In this document: one piece after another, positions 12,901 to 17,701 of the stretch
How the letters are laid out: every line of letters begins with the position of its first letter
Position numbering within the stretch: position 1 is the first letter of the stretch
NCBI GenBank assembly: GCA_903844815.1
Contig: CAIMVD010000375.1
Coordinates: 8,918-72,917 of the forward strand
Origin: an uncultured Bacteroidota bacterium
GTDB lineage: Bacteria > Bacteroidota > Bacteroidia > Bacteroidales > VadinHA17
DNA: 64,000 nucleotides
Reading direction: 5' to 3'
The notes under the pieces: generated by a model
Told to the model about the DNA's origin: nothing
Database searches by the model: none
The model's input: the letters and a program-made list of their open reading frames with translations, nothing else
Made by a program: the position numbers and the translations under genes

Positions 12901-15334
12901 TTACCGTAATAGCCGGGAAATTAACAGAAGCAAGCTGCAAAGTACCTTGTCCGCGCAATGCCGCCAGCGTATTTGTAAACCTGTTTACGACCTGGTTCAG
13001 AAAACCTCCGGATTCAATTGTAATATCGAGCCCGTCGGAAGTAATGTCACTTGAAAGCGAGACAGTGCGTCCTGAAAGAATGACAACCTTATCATTCAAA
13101 CCTGGAACAGTGTTACCAATCTGAAGGGTTCCGCTCGGGTCCGAAGTCCAGGTATTCGGCGTATTCCAGTCACCTGTCTGGTATGAATAAAATGTGACCG
13201 AAGCCGCAGCTGTCCAGTAAGTACTGCCTGTAGTAATATTCGTTGTCCCGGCAATAGTGAAGGAGTTCCCCCCGAAGCTGGCTGTCCCTGATGGAACCAG
13301 CCAGTTTCCTGTCACCGGCTTGTACCAGATATTTGCCGGAGCATTGCTTATCTCTGCCGGATCATAGTTGAAGGTTGCTGTAATTGTTTTACCCGCAACC
13401 GAGGTGCTGACATCCCAGTATTTCTGCACAAAATTCGATGCTGCTGACACATCCCTGACTGAAAGTACCTTAATGGTTCCTGTTGTTCCACCAGAGATGG
13501 CAGTGATACTTACGGGAGAATAGTAACTTCCACCTCCGACAGGGAATAAAATTGGCAGTGTAGCGGCAGCATTACGAACAAGACCTCCGGTTCCGTCGGT
13601 TTCAATCATGGCGTTTGCGCTGAAGGCTCCCTGTATTGCATTAGAAGCGTTATTGCTGATTGTCAGAGCCGATGAACCCAGACGAAAGGAACCGGCATTA
13701 AGAGTAAGGATATTGCTAACCGTCGAATTCCCCTGTAGTGACTTAGCGCCTCCGCCTGAAAATGCAAGGTTCTGATACGCTGCGGAACCGAAGACCTGCT
13801 GGTCTCCGCTCCTGTTATAGTTAACTGTACTTAAAGCGCCGGTCGTGTTAAAAGTTGAAATTGCATTGGCAACTCCGCCCAGATTAAGCAGGTGAGCCCT
13901 GCCCGCATCACTGTTCATTGTGATGGTGCCGGTTACGTTTATCAGGTCGCCAGTGAGATTAAGTATCTTAGGGGTTAATGTGCCGAAATCCAGAATGCCA
14001 TCAACCGTTGTGTTGCCTGCAATGTTTATTGTCGTTGCGAAATTTCCCAGGCTCAGGGTTGTAGCATCGTTGATAACAAGATTATTGATGACACTAAAAT
14101 TTTTATGTATTGTTTTTGTAAAATTGCCGTCGGTTGTAAGGTTATAAAATGTTACCAACCCGGTCCCTGCTATATTGGATACTGATTGTACCGACCCTGT
14201 AAATGCAAAAGTCCCTGAAGTCGCCTTGAACGGATCAGCTGTTGTACTTGTAATCTGAAAAGTAATTCCGCTGAAGCTGATATCAGCGGAGGCCAGAACA
14301 GAGGCTGGAGTTGTAATAAACAGATCTCCGCTTAGTAGGAAGGGTGAGGTTCCGCTTAATGGCTGGCCCGGATTTGTTGAGAATGTGATCGATCCCGTAC
14401 CTGTCTTTGAAAATGTTCCGTTGTTTACTATACCTCCCCTGAATTCGTAGACAGGATTGGCGCTGTTAATAAATTGTCCGTTGCTGTTTACGGTAATAAG
14501 CTGGTCGAACCGGTTCAGTCCGGCATCGTTATCGTCGTTTAGAGTGCCGAAGGCGTTTAAGTTTGTTGTTCCGTTGACGGTAAGGTTAAAACCGGCCGGA
14601 TTAATTGTGTATAAATTCGTTGCAGTGGAACCTGCAACTGATAAATTACCCTGAACAGTAACGGCGCCTGTAAAGGAAGAAGTTACAGGTACAGTTAACA
14701 GCGGACAGTTTATTGTAAGGTTTCCGAAAGCCTGATTGAAACCCGTTGGTGCTATTCCTGTAACCCCGGTAATAATACAATTCGACGTTGCAGCCCATGT
14801 TGCAGAAGGGACGACACCACCGTCCATGTAATGAATATAAGACGAACCGGCTAGGAAAGATAGTGCAGCAGGTGAAGTAATGATTCCGTTATTTACTATT
14901 GTACCGCTAGTTGCGAAAGCAGCAGACACTGTAATAGTATGACCTGTCAAGATCACAAGGTAATCTCCTGCTGATGGAGCTGCAGCAGCATCAGCGGTTC
15001 CCTGTTTGCTGAACGACGAACCAGTAGCTGAGATCAATGCACCATTCTGAAGGGTAAAGGAATTTGCATCAGTAACAGCAGCAACAATTCCGATGAAGCC
15101 ATTTGCAGAATCAAAAACAGCATCATTAACTGATATTGCTCCCGCGCCGGAATTTGTTCCTGTAGTACTTCCTGCGGAAATGGTTATGGTTCCTGTTCCC
15201 GGGACAAGATCGGTCCAGGTACTTGTTGCATTGAGGAAGCCCGAGGCCTTGCTAACCTTTTGTGCCAGGGAACTGGTTTCGGAAAAACAAAAAAACAACA
15301 CCATTAATGCTGATATTGTTATTGTTTTCATCAT
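920..15334 (-). CDS. Giant (~4800 aa) T9SS-secreted surface adhesin, SprB-like
   Basis: One uninterrupted ORF, 920..15490 (4856 aa). I moved the start to the ATGATG at 15334 because MMKTITISALMVLFFCFSETSSLAQK is a signal peptide and the 52 upstream codons do not look like protein. The body is G/T/S/N-rich and beta-helix-like. The C-terminal part has PKD/Ig-like domains, SprB repeats and a type B CTD. Confidence 0.92.
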   Translation of the reverse strand: MMKTITISALMVLFFCFSETSSLAQKVSKASGFLNATSTWTDLVPGTGTITISAGSTTGTNSGAGAISVNDAVFDSANGFIGIVAAVTDANSFTLQNGALISATGSSFSKQGTADAAAAPSAGDYLVILTGHTITVSAAFATSGTIVNNGIITSPAALSFLAGSSYIHYMDGGVVPSATWAATSNCIITGVTGIAPTGFNQAFGNLTINCPLLTVPVTSSFTGAVTVQGNLSVAGSTATNLYTINPAGFNLTVNGTTNLNAFGTLNDDNDAGLNRFDQLITVNSNGQFINSANPVYEFRGGIVNNGTFSKTGTGSITFSTNPGQPLSGTSPFLLSGDLFITTPASVLASADISFSGITFQITSTTADPFKATSGTFAFTGSVQSVSNIAGTGLVTFYNLTTDGNFTKTIHKNFSVINNLVINDATTLSLGNFATTINIAGNTTVDGILDFGTLTPKILNLTGDLINVTGTITMNSDAGRAHLLNLGGVANAISTFNTTGALSTVNYNRSGDQQVFGSAAYQNLAFSGGGAKSLQGNSTVSNILTLNAGSFRLGSSALTISNNASNAIQGAFSANAMIETDGTGGLVRNAAATLPILFPVGGGSYYSPVSITAISGGTTGTIKVLSVRDVSAASNFVQKYWDVSTSVAGKTITATFNYDPAEISNAPANIWYKPVTGNWLVPSGTASFGGNSFTIAGTTNITTGSTYWTAAASVTFYSYQTGDWNTPNTWTSDPSGTLQIGNTVPGLNDKVVILSGRTVSLSSDITSDGLDITIESGGFLNQVVNRFTNTLAALRGQGTLQLASVNFPAITVNTFINPGGGTTEYYNASAFVLPVSQTVYNNLKINTNTAIATQLGNLLLNGDLYVKSGSFRINDNASTAKLSLTISGGVTVDAGASVSVGTGVTNPAIGGVTAGGTAPFINYYTYFHTVIIKGDFTNNGTVRFTNLQYPVYSAFPPVLNGATSGAASVYFQGETDNTITCNGITDFYNLVLDKGLDQTYKLTVYSTDYKNFRLFGANTLTGEVAGSNANLRKALWIRTGSLILEGSVIIPSLSEGVTAGSPNSDYYIPSNGALMLNGVDAIVFSTSDDFREVNTAYTVTAPDNASMGITLGGSSAIEVYGKLHIIDGYFSTRESAGIITSSVGSGQILVDGGTIDTKQFLSTSGSAAQYTQTDGTLVLRGRFQRTPTDYSSIPSLRDISIATLNTLRAANGVNPAFGTFNLENTTNIFAMSGGTIRIFDVCGSAAGEQKAFDVKSSAANINVTGGTIEIIPVTGSVPATDGDYLVNSTSPLGNLLISRLSGTRTVQLSTNPLIVLKNLNLTSGVLTCNNLDLSVGGNFTIAAGTSYNTGTNTTILNGKLDQIFTVNLAAPLALNKFTIDKPAGKSLEFAGTQKTITVNDNFRLVLGNLKDNGNTINVLRDVFNSGIHSGTGKISLNGIVPQQISGEGSFGNVDLNNTSAGAAPVSLAANMTLNGALTFLTDKLFNIGTFNLKLSQDASIASSNGLFASRYLQTSGNTGDGGLTKVYAAPGAFNFPVGVVNYTPASVGLNGVPASYGSITVIPVNFGHPNVTQPGRSLTYFWRTKSSGFSLGTATVTHGYTFSQSNVVTGANITEDGYVAARFDIPTNTWAKGTINDVDEVNKIIGEPGAGTFLENSLVIDGDYTAGDDTPLSPFGVPSIYYSRINGTGVGSGLWSSPATWSTDAVNKHSGAAALTIPGASDIVIIGGRDSVYLATANTVANTDARSCASLQIEKGSVLDAGFNPGSNFGMVLTHPNGNGNFRVATSWTTGSTFQFPSGDFSDFNINLGTTELYSTNTEYGTTYWLPNGVMTYGNLILSPLGGSNIIFPNHNLTIYGNLVIRGQNTDSWFCPTWENDYPTIPSTVIAKTITIKGDLLMQGGSLIWVGNGTLAEDIVVFGNLVVGTFSGIGTFNSNSFNQQISIGGSLINNSNGLLNPPAYQIIAQCDFSVIPVTFFGPNNASVTNTGGNPSIIFSKLTVNKGSSQASTLTIDMSGVITTPADNWLTLQNGTLKYTRVNPGTDFTISTITPFTIPATAGLYVDLPSNTGNRNILIGNSANNNGDLILGGKLTLVNGNVYVGAVSGTNANDNDIEYTGSGASSIEVRGGKLMVNGQIRRPAATTNGVLSYIQSAGNVIINGNNYLPAKAKLEILNPGSSFNMSGGTLTIVRGGGTTFGDLYLRPASSLVTGGTIFFTPVPAGEAVVDAPQTYSLDANINLNNITITGKTAAATRDATVNLMVSPLVLDGSLTLSNINSIFNSNNLNVSLKGDLTNYGSYNYGTNLTTFNGGFQSIKGTSVTNFFDLNVSPVNSLTTEGSFTVNRNLTVSQGNFVLGSNRVTLLGNLVNEGSCTDINTGSSGISLSGASAQQQVTGSGAFGRLELNNGFGARVNSDISLQGDLAMNLGVLDIGKFQLTLSPKSFITGTPFSVSKMIKSDGVISGLGLVKFFTAEPQTFVFPIGVSGKYTPASFNILASDEVGSIGVNPINSRHSSITDPLNALNYYWQIRSSGITGFYGDIQLQYLAGDVVGTESDYVAAKLALPGSYWYEAPAGPATDNVNETSHQILFNNSAVSNLTGDYTAGKGSAIPEEVPAYTTIKDGNWSDKTVWIPVGSSPPCPDGGPNGANVIINHIVTTDINNIYSLGTTINNRLVVDPSNFSHNLGVVDGDGTIYLIGGNLPGGNYSAFTDCSGNGTIEYGGSGTYTIIESLFNSVPNILFTGTGTRILPNKLLTVCKRLVIDGPLLDNSVNRSSLIILGTMERYNTGEFNSGLGFSPASTVIFAGTTTQVIGGATGDFSGTNKLNNLEIKNPSGLNIGTNGFVEVNGQLLLTSGIIHTTATNRLVMLSTSSSAVLPAGGSEDSFVDGPLVKNIINGGSFVFPVGNGIIKGHDFSVISSAGSTMAWTVECFIPNPTAKLLASPLKASNTQEFWSVSTPVAASGRVKIGWDPLSALTPLMVPNGLDDMRVAEFISGAWNELPSLATGDLDNGYVSSTTGVAISSTPSNFTTATVTIPEARASFTSPKPVCGTAGIPVSFTSFMDISLNYTLNYSIDGVPQAQITVTSPLYILPTPVPGAYKLTGFAYNNGTHAGVVDSRVVNAYALPTVANAGADRSICGVSGLTLSGNSAAPYSGLWTKVSGPGGTFIDNTRYNTYFTGILGKSYTLRWTISNVTCNSSDDVVISFPVEAAMPSNFMSAPTQVCQGSSGNVYTVPAVGGSTYNWNYTGTGHTINGTGNSVTIDFGPAATSGVLSVTASNACGTSAARTIAITVNTLPAAAAGTDRSVCAGSPATLGTAAVAGSTYSWTSVPAGFTSALSNPEVSPLVTTTYTLVETNTVSGCSKSNSVILTVTSAPTVTISYSGSPFCSTDSNIQHVNISGTGTYFGGSFTSDPGLSVSPLTGDITPSTSTPGVYVVTYFIPAAGGCLAASAFTSVTVTAAPVSTIAVSPLNYCNVLISGPLGGNTPAMGAGIWSQVSGPGTSSFSDQASGNSTATVTQPGTYIFRWTVTYSTCAPSVSDVTVNYYPSAAVADPTLSFCGTLTSLSLGGNSPGPGAGLWSQVSGPGTTVFSDPASGSSTATATVYGTYVYQWTVSGGTCTSTNAEVAVEFNPATTDATIAVFPLNFCATLTSGSLGGNTPATGTGIWSQVSGPGTTIFSTPSSGSSTATASQYGTYIYRWTITTGDCVPGTAEVTVNYSDTPTPASVAFSSLSSCGTLISSSLGGNSPVTGSGLWTQVSGPGTTVFSLPSVGTATATASVYGTYVYQWTISNGICTPGSAQVTMEFIASPTASVVAVSPLNYCGTLSSGPLGGNNPSVGTGLWSQVSGPGTTSFSAQTSGSSTAIATVYGTYVYQWTITNGTCSPSSSQVTVNYSETPSTASVTSALLNNCGTLVSGSLGGNTPVAGSGSWSQVSGPGTTIYSSSVSGASTATASLYGTYVYEWTITSGTCSPSSAQVTVNYYELPTTASVAATVLNQCGTLVSGSLGGNNPVTGTGTWSKISGPGTTVFSEPASGSSTATASVYGAYVYSWTISSGTCTASSAQVAVNYYETPTTAVINTTPLSFCGTKVSEPLGGNSPVSGTGTWSIFSGGTGTFSSSVSGNSTFTADAYGSYFLRWTISNGSCSASTADINVIFGETTTVANAGPDQTGSEMCGITSATLAANIAVTGNGLWTIVSGSGGAITAPLNPASVFTGTTGVLYTLRWTISNSYCTPSVDEMNVIFHQNPVAAYTKTDILCNGLATGAIDITLTGGTTPYTYTWTGAGTVPDAGDQTGLRAGVYGVTVTDANSCKVSIASITVSEPALLTGTIVSQTNASIFGNNDGSVTVSGSGGVPAYLYKIGSEAYQSSGVFGSLKAGNYTITVQDNNLCTSLIDVNITQPDVSLIAAIVSKNEAQCFGTATGSVTIAGSGGVIPYKYKLGTGNYQLSGTFSGLAAGSYVITVMDAVFSATDVTVDISQPDNAVSVALVSQVNVLCFGSSTGSITVEGAGGMPPYKYRTGGGEYQVSSTFSKLSAGVYTVTIQDSNLCTSTIDLTVTQPAAKLAGSITSQANAACFGSSNGTVTVAGSGGASPYSYSVNGGALQADGTFTGLAASVYTVTVTDASLCTANISVTIGQPDAISVSHTEESATCPGDKDGSITLSVTGGTVPYNAIWSDGLTGLTRTGIGEGTYSAVVTDKNGCAGSAVAEVGVTGTQNCLEVLEVITPNNDGVNDTWKIRNIDLFPKAEVFVYNRWGELVYTSKNLLSDPWDGTYKGKQLATDSYHYVLYLHDGTDPKSGVISIIRK
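923..1189 (-). other. Type B (gliding-motility-associated) T9SS C-terminal sorting domain of the giant adhesin
   Basis: The last 89 aa read CLEVLEVITPNNDGVNDTWKIRNIDLFPKAEVFVYNRWGELVYTSKNLLSDPWDGTYKGKQLATDSYHYVLYLHDGTDPKSGVISIIRK. The (I/F)TPNGDG.ND...I, V.I.NRWG..V and W.G hallmarks are present. Confidence 0.85.
1190..2608 (-). repeat. Six tandem SprB repeats (~72-80 aa each) inside the adhesin gene
   Basis: A recurring block C(N/F)G...G(S/A)(I/V)T(V/I)..(S/T)GG..PY.Y......Q.S..F..L.AG.Y.(V/I)TV.D.N.C appears six times between QNPVAAYTKTDILCNGL and GVTGTQN. Coordinates come from counting 473 aa back from the CTD. Confidence 0.8.
2609..4963 (-). repeat. Nine tandem ~88-aa PKD/Ig-like domain repeats (264-bp DNA period) inside the adhesin gene
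   Basis: Protein consensus: ..L..CGTL.SG.LGGN.P..G.G.WSQVSGPGTT.FS...SGSSTATA..YGTY.Y.WTI..G.C......V.VNY. The DNA core cc.gg.cctga.acctg.ctcca recurs near 3270, 3534, 3797, 4061, 4325, 4588 and 4845. Confidence 0.85.
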
Positions 15335-15790
15335 TGGGAAGATGACAGTTTTCCTTAGTTTCGCTATTCTGATACCGGGAAATGAAAAACGCTTCGCTTT
15401 GAAGAATAAAATCAAACTTAAGTCTGATTCCGGGTTAATATGTTCCATCTTGGTCAGGTTCGTTTCGTTAAAAAAAATGCAATCATTCAAAAATCAAACA
15501 TGAGAACAACAAATACCTGAAAGGATTTGCTGAAACTCATAGCTAAAAAAATAAGTTGTTATGCGAATTTAATAAATAAACATATATGTAACACAATAAT
15601 TATCATGAGTTTTCTCTATATTTTGACGACTTATAAACATTTGTCGGCTAACCATTCCCCTGCTTTGGTAAAAATAATCTTTTTTTATCGCATAATGAAA
15701 CAGGATGGCATTTAAGTTTAAACTTAAGCCCGGACACAGCAAGGGACTATCCTTTCTAAAGAGATTTTAAATAAATAATAAACGTTTTTT

Positions 15791-15820
15791 TTGCATAAAT
15801 GAAAATGTAGGTTATATTTG
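15791..15820 (+). promoter_or_regulatory. Candidate Bacteroidota-type promoter for tRNA-Val
   Basis: TTG at 15791..15793 and TATATTTG (TAnnTTTG -7 box) at 15813..15820, separated by 19 nt. The box ends 12 nt before the tRNA 5' end. Confidence 0.45.
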
Positions 15821-15831
15821 CACTCGCTTTC

Positions 15832-15906
15832 GGGGGTTTAGCTCAGCTGGTTCAGAGCATCTGCCTTACAAGCAGAGGGTCGGCGGTTCGAACCCGTCAA
15901 CCCCCA
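15832..15906 (+). tRNA. tRNA-Val (anticodon TAC), 75 nt, CCA not encoded
   Basis: Hand-folded cloverleaf: acceptor GGGGGTT/AACCCCC, D stem GCTC/GAGC, anticodon stem TCTGC/GCAGA with loop CTTACAA, T stem GGCGG/CCGTC with loop TTCGAAC, discriminator A. Confidence 0.92.
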
Positions 15907-15909
15907 CAA
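15860..15909 (+). repeat. Direct repeat copy 1 (attL-like): 3' 47 nt of tRNA-Val plus 3 nt
   Basis: tctgccttacaagcagagggtcggcggttcgaacccgtcaacccccacaa is identical (50/50) to 17647..17696. Confidence 0.9.
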
Positions 15910-15918
15910 ATGAATATC

Positions 15919-15960
15919 AAGCACTTACAATGGTAACACAGAGTAAGTGCTTTTTTATTT
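15919..15960 (+). terminator. Rho-independent terminator after the reconstituted tRNA-Val
   Basis: 10-bp stem aagcacttac / gtaagtgctt (15919..15928 and 15943..15952), followed by ttttttattt. Confidence 0.7.
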
Positions 15961-16007
15961 GCACACAATTTTCACACTAACCTTATAAAAACCGTTTCGC
16001 AACAGCA

Positions 16008-16469
16008 TTAAGCAATACTGTTATCTTGACCATCTTGAGAAATAGCATAAGCTATTTTAAGTTTTAATTCCTCAGAAAAATCATCTTCAGTCAGAATAGA
16101 TGTGATTATTTCATGAAGCAATTCCTTATCAATATTATTAGCAGCTACATGGTAACTGATAATTTCCATTCTATATAGAAACTCTTTGGCAGCATTGAGA
16201 TAACCATTTTTAAGCAGGAAAATGCTCCCCAGAGTAATGGCAATTCTTTTGTTGCCATCCTGAAAACAATGACTTTTATTAGCAACATAGAATAAGTGAG
16301 TTAGCTTATCTTCAAAGGCAGGGTAATAATCATCGTTCTGAATGTGATCAAGAGCTGCATTTAAGGAGTGTAGGTTTAGTATGCCAATGGTACCCCCTCC
16401 GCTTACCTCAATGGTTTTTTGATGCAGAGTAACTACCTCATTGATATCGTCTATGTACACTATTGGCAT
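16008..16469 (-). CDS. doc: Death-on-curing (Doc) family toxin, Fic-fold kinase
   Basis: 153 aa. The motif HCFQDGNKRIAI matches the Doc signature H.F.D(A/G)NKR (P1 Doc has HIFNDANKRTAL). The upstream stop and this start overlap by 1 nt (TAATG). Confidence 0.8.
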   Translation of the reverse strand: MPIVYIDDINEVVTLHQKTIEVSGGGTIGILNLHSLNAALDHIQNDDYYPAFEDKLTHLFYVANKSHCFQDGNKRIAITLGSIFLLKNGYLNAAKEFLYRMEIISYHVAANNIDKELLHEIITSILTEDDFSEELKLKIAYAISQDGQDNSIA

Positions 16470-17479
16470 TATTCACTCTCCTTTAATCGTTTGAAGACAT
16501 CCTCTGCTTCCTTTAATTGTTTTTCAAAGTCGACACTTCGATCTCCAATGAATTTATCAAAATCAGCAGGACGAACTGATGTGACGTATTCTTTTAACTT
16601 ATGGTGAAAAGCATCTCTGAAAAAATTATCCCTCGAAGCCATTTTTATTCGTGCATCTTCAATATGAGGTAACTGCGCGGGATGGTCTGTAAAGTCTTTA
16701 ACAATCTGGTCAACTTCAATAGGTAATAATTTGCGACCTAAGGCTTTTGATTTTTTTTCAATTTCGTAGGCAATGCCGGCCTCAAAAGAAGCTATAAGCT
16801 TCAAAACCTCTGCATACATTGTATCTCTTGCATTTTCATTATCTGCCAGTTTCAGGATTTGCTTGTACTCTTTGGCATTTTCACGGAAAATTGCCTGATA
16901 AATCTTGTCGGTATATAGAGAGTACTTATAATTACCGAGGTCAACATATTGATTAAGAGAATTCGTGAAATCTTTTCTGTATTTATGTTCCCTTATGGCG
17001 TTTATTAAATAATCCTCATCCCTGCGATTAATATATTTTGTGCCTCCTCCGGTTTTTTCGTTTATACTATGAATTACTATGTCGAGGATTTTACTTCTTA
17101 AATGACGAGCCTTTTCACTTTCGCTAAGTAACATGGATAAATTTAGTAAAGCCCTGAAATTGAATAACCCAAGCTGACGGGTTTTGCTCGCCTTATCAAT
17201 GAGGTGAGCAAATTGTAATTTAAAGTTTGTCAGCTGCTTACCTTTGGTTAAAACATATCCATTATGTTTTAATTCAGCTTCGTGTTTTGCAAGATACCGG
17301 TCAATGGTAGAGGTATCTATCTCAAAGAAATTGGCAACCATCTCTTTGGTAAAACGAAATTCACCTTCAAATAACATACCCGGCAAACCTATATACTCCT
17401 GAATTTGTGTTAGTGCGTAACGATTATTAAGTATGTTTTGCCGATCAATATCTGAGTTTGTCAGGTCTTTCATGGTCAT
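16469..17479 (-). CDS. 336-aa putative DNA-binding protein, candidate antitoxin/regulator partner of Doc
   Basis: It lies immediately upstream of doc and is translationally coupled to it. The N-terminal segment FTKEMVANFFEIDTSTIDRYLAKH looks like a helix-turn-helix. The rest is predicted to be helical. No catalytic motif was recognised. Confidence 0.55.
   Translation of the reverse strand: MTMKDLTNSDIDRQNILNNRYALTQIQEYIGLPGMLFEGEFRFTKEMVANFFEIDTSTIDRYLAKHEAELKHNGYVLTKGKQLTNFKLQFAHLIDKASKTRQLGLFNFRALLNLSMLLSESEKARHLRSKILDIVIHSINEKTGGGTKYINRRDEDYLINAIREHKYRKDFTNSLNQYVDLGNYKYSLYTDKIYQAIFRENAKEYKQILKLADNENARDTMYAEVLKLIASFEAGIAYEIEKKSKALGRKLLPIEVDQIVKDFTDHPAQLPHIEDARIKMASRDNFFRDAFHHKLKEYVTSVRPADFDKFIGDRSVDFEKQLKEAEDVFKRLKESE
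17184..17211. repeat. 28-bp imperfect palindrome, copy A (inside the 336-aa gene)
   Basis: ttgctcgccttatcaatgaggtgagcaa matches 17485..17512 at 24/28 positions. The outer arms TTGCTCgCC / GGtGAGCAA are inverted. Confidence 0.6.
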
Positions 17480-17484
17480 ATGAT

Positions 17485-17512
17485 TTTGTTCGCCTCACCG
17501 ATGAGGTGAGCA
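17485..17512. promoter_or_regulatory. 28-bp imperfect palindrome, copy B: candidate operator in the 5' leader of the Doc operon
   Basis: ttgttcgcctcaccgatgaggtgagcaa lies 6-33 nt upstream of the ATG at 17479. It contains the inner inverted repeat CTCACC-n5-GGTGAG. Confidence 0.4.
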
Positions 17513-17646
17513 AATTTTAAGTTTGTATATCAATTTAGTTGACTTAAGCTACAATGGTTTGTAATTCATGTAGTTTTATATTTCTGATTTACAACATCCT
17601 TACAAGATAATAAAATTTAAGTATAAATTATCAAAAGATGGCTAAT

Positions 17647-17696
17647 TCTGCCTTACAAGCAGAGGGTCGGCGGTTCGAACCCGTCAACCCCCACAA
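17647..17696 (+). repeat. Direct repeat copy 2 (attR-like): displaced 3' fragment of tRNA-Val
   Basis: 50/50 identity to 15860..15909. The preceding sequence (..aaaagatggctaat) has no acceptor or D-arm, so this is not a functional tRNA. Confidence 0.9.
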
Positions 17697-17701
17697 TAAA
17701 A

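Larger units (their letters stand above)
15860..17696. mobile_element. Integrase-less ~1.8-kb islet inserted in the 3' end of tRNA-Val (remnant island or cis-mobilizable cassette)
   Basis: Perfect 50-bp direct repeats of the tRNA 3' end bracket two genes (Doc toxin and an HTH partner). The second copy has no tRNA 5' half. No recombinase ORF lies between the repeats. Confidence 0.6.

Noticed and set aside
15413-15420. caaactta (TAAGTTTG on the minus strand) as a -7 promoter box for the giant adhesin gene
   Set aside because: It matches TAnnTTTG and is ~80 nt upstream of the start. No -33 element was found, and such octamers arise by chance in AT-rich DNA, so it is not reported as a feature.
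15335-15490. 52-codon N-terminal extension of the giant ORF (MNDCIFFNETNL...)
   Set aside because: The signal peptide starts at the ATGATG at 15334. The extension is AT-rich leader-like sequence, and placing a signal peptide 52 aa internal is implausible.
937-15503. About 35 short track ORFs (60-198 aa) on both strands inside the giant adhesin gene, e.g. 3637..4233, 4240..4695, 6618..6920, 7800..8177, 10881..11255, 15093..15503
   Set aside because: All lie in alternative frames or antisense to one uninterrupted 14.4-kb ORF that has clear domain content. Their sequences are low-complexity shadows (Q/L/R-rich or P/V-rich) of the repetitive G/T/S codons. Several simply repeat with the 264-bp period.
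15910-17646. Search for an integrase, excisionase or transposase inside the islet
   Set aside because: The two ORFs fill nearly all the space. Neither has R..H..R..Y tyrosine-recombinase, serine-recombinase or DDE-like motifs, so no recombinase is reported.
17647-17696. Possibility that the second tRNA-like sequence is a second tRNA gene or a tRNA pseudogene formed by decay
   Set aside because: There is no acceptor 5' strand or D-arm upstream. The match starts exactly at the anticodon stem and is 100% identical, including 3 nt beyond the tRNA. That fits an att duplication better than a decayed gene.
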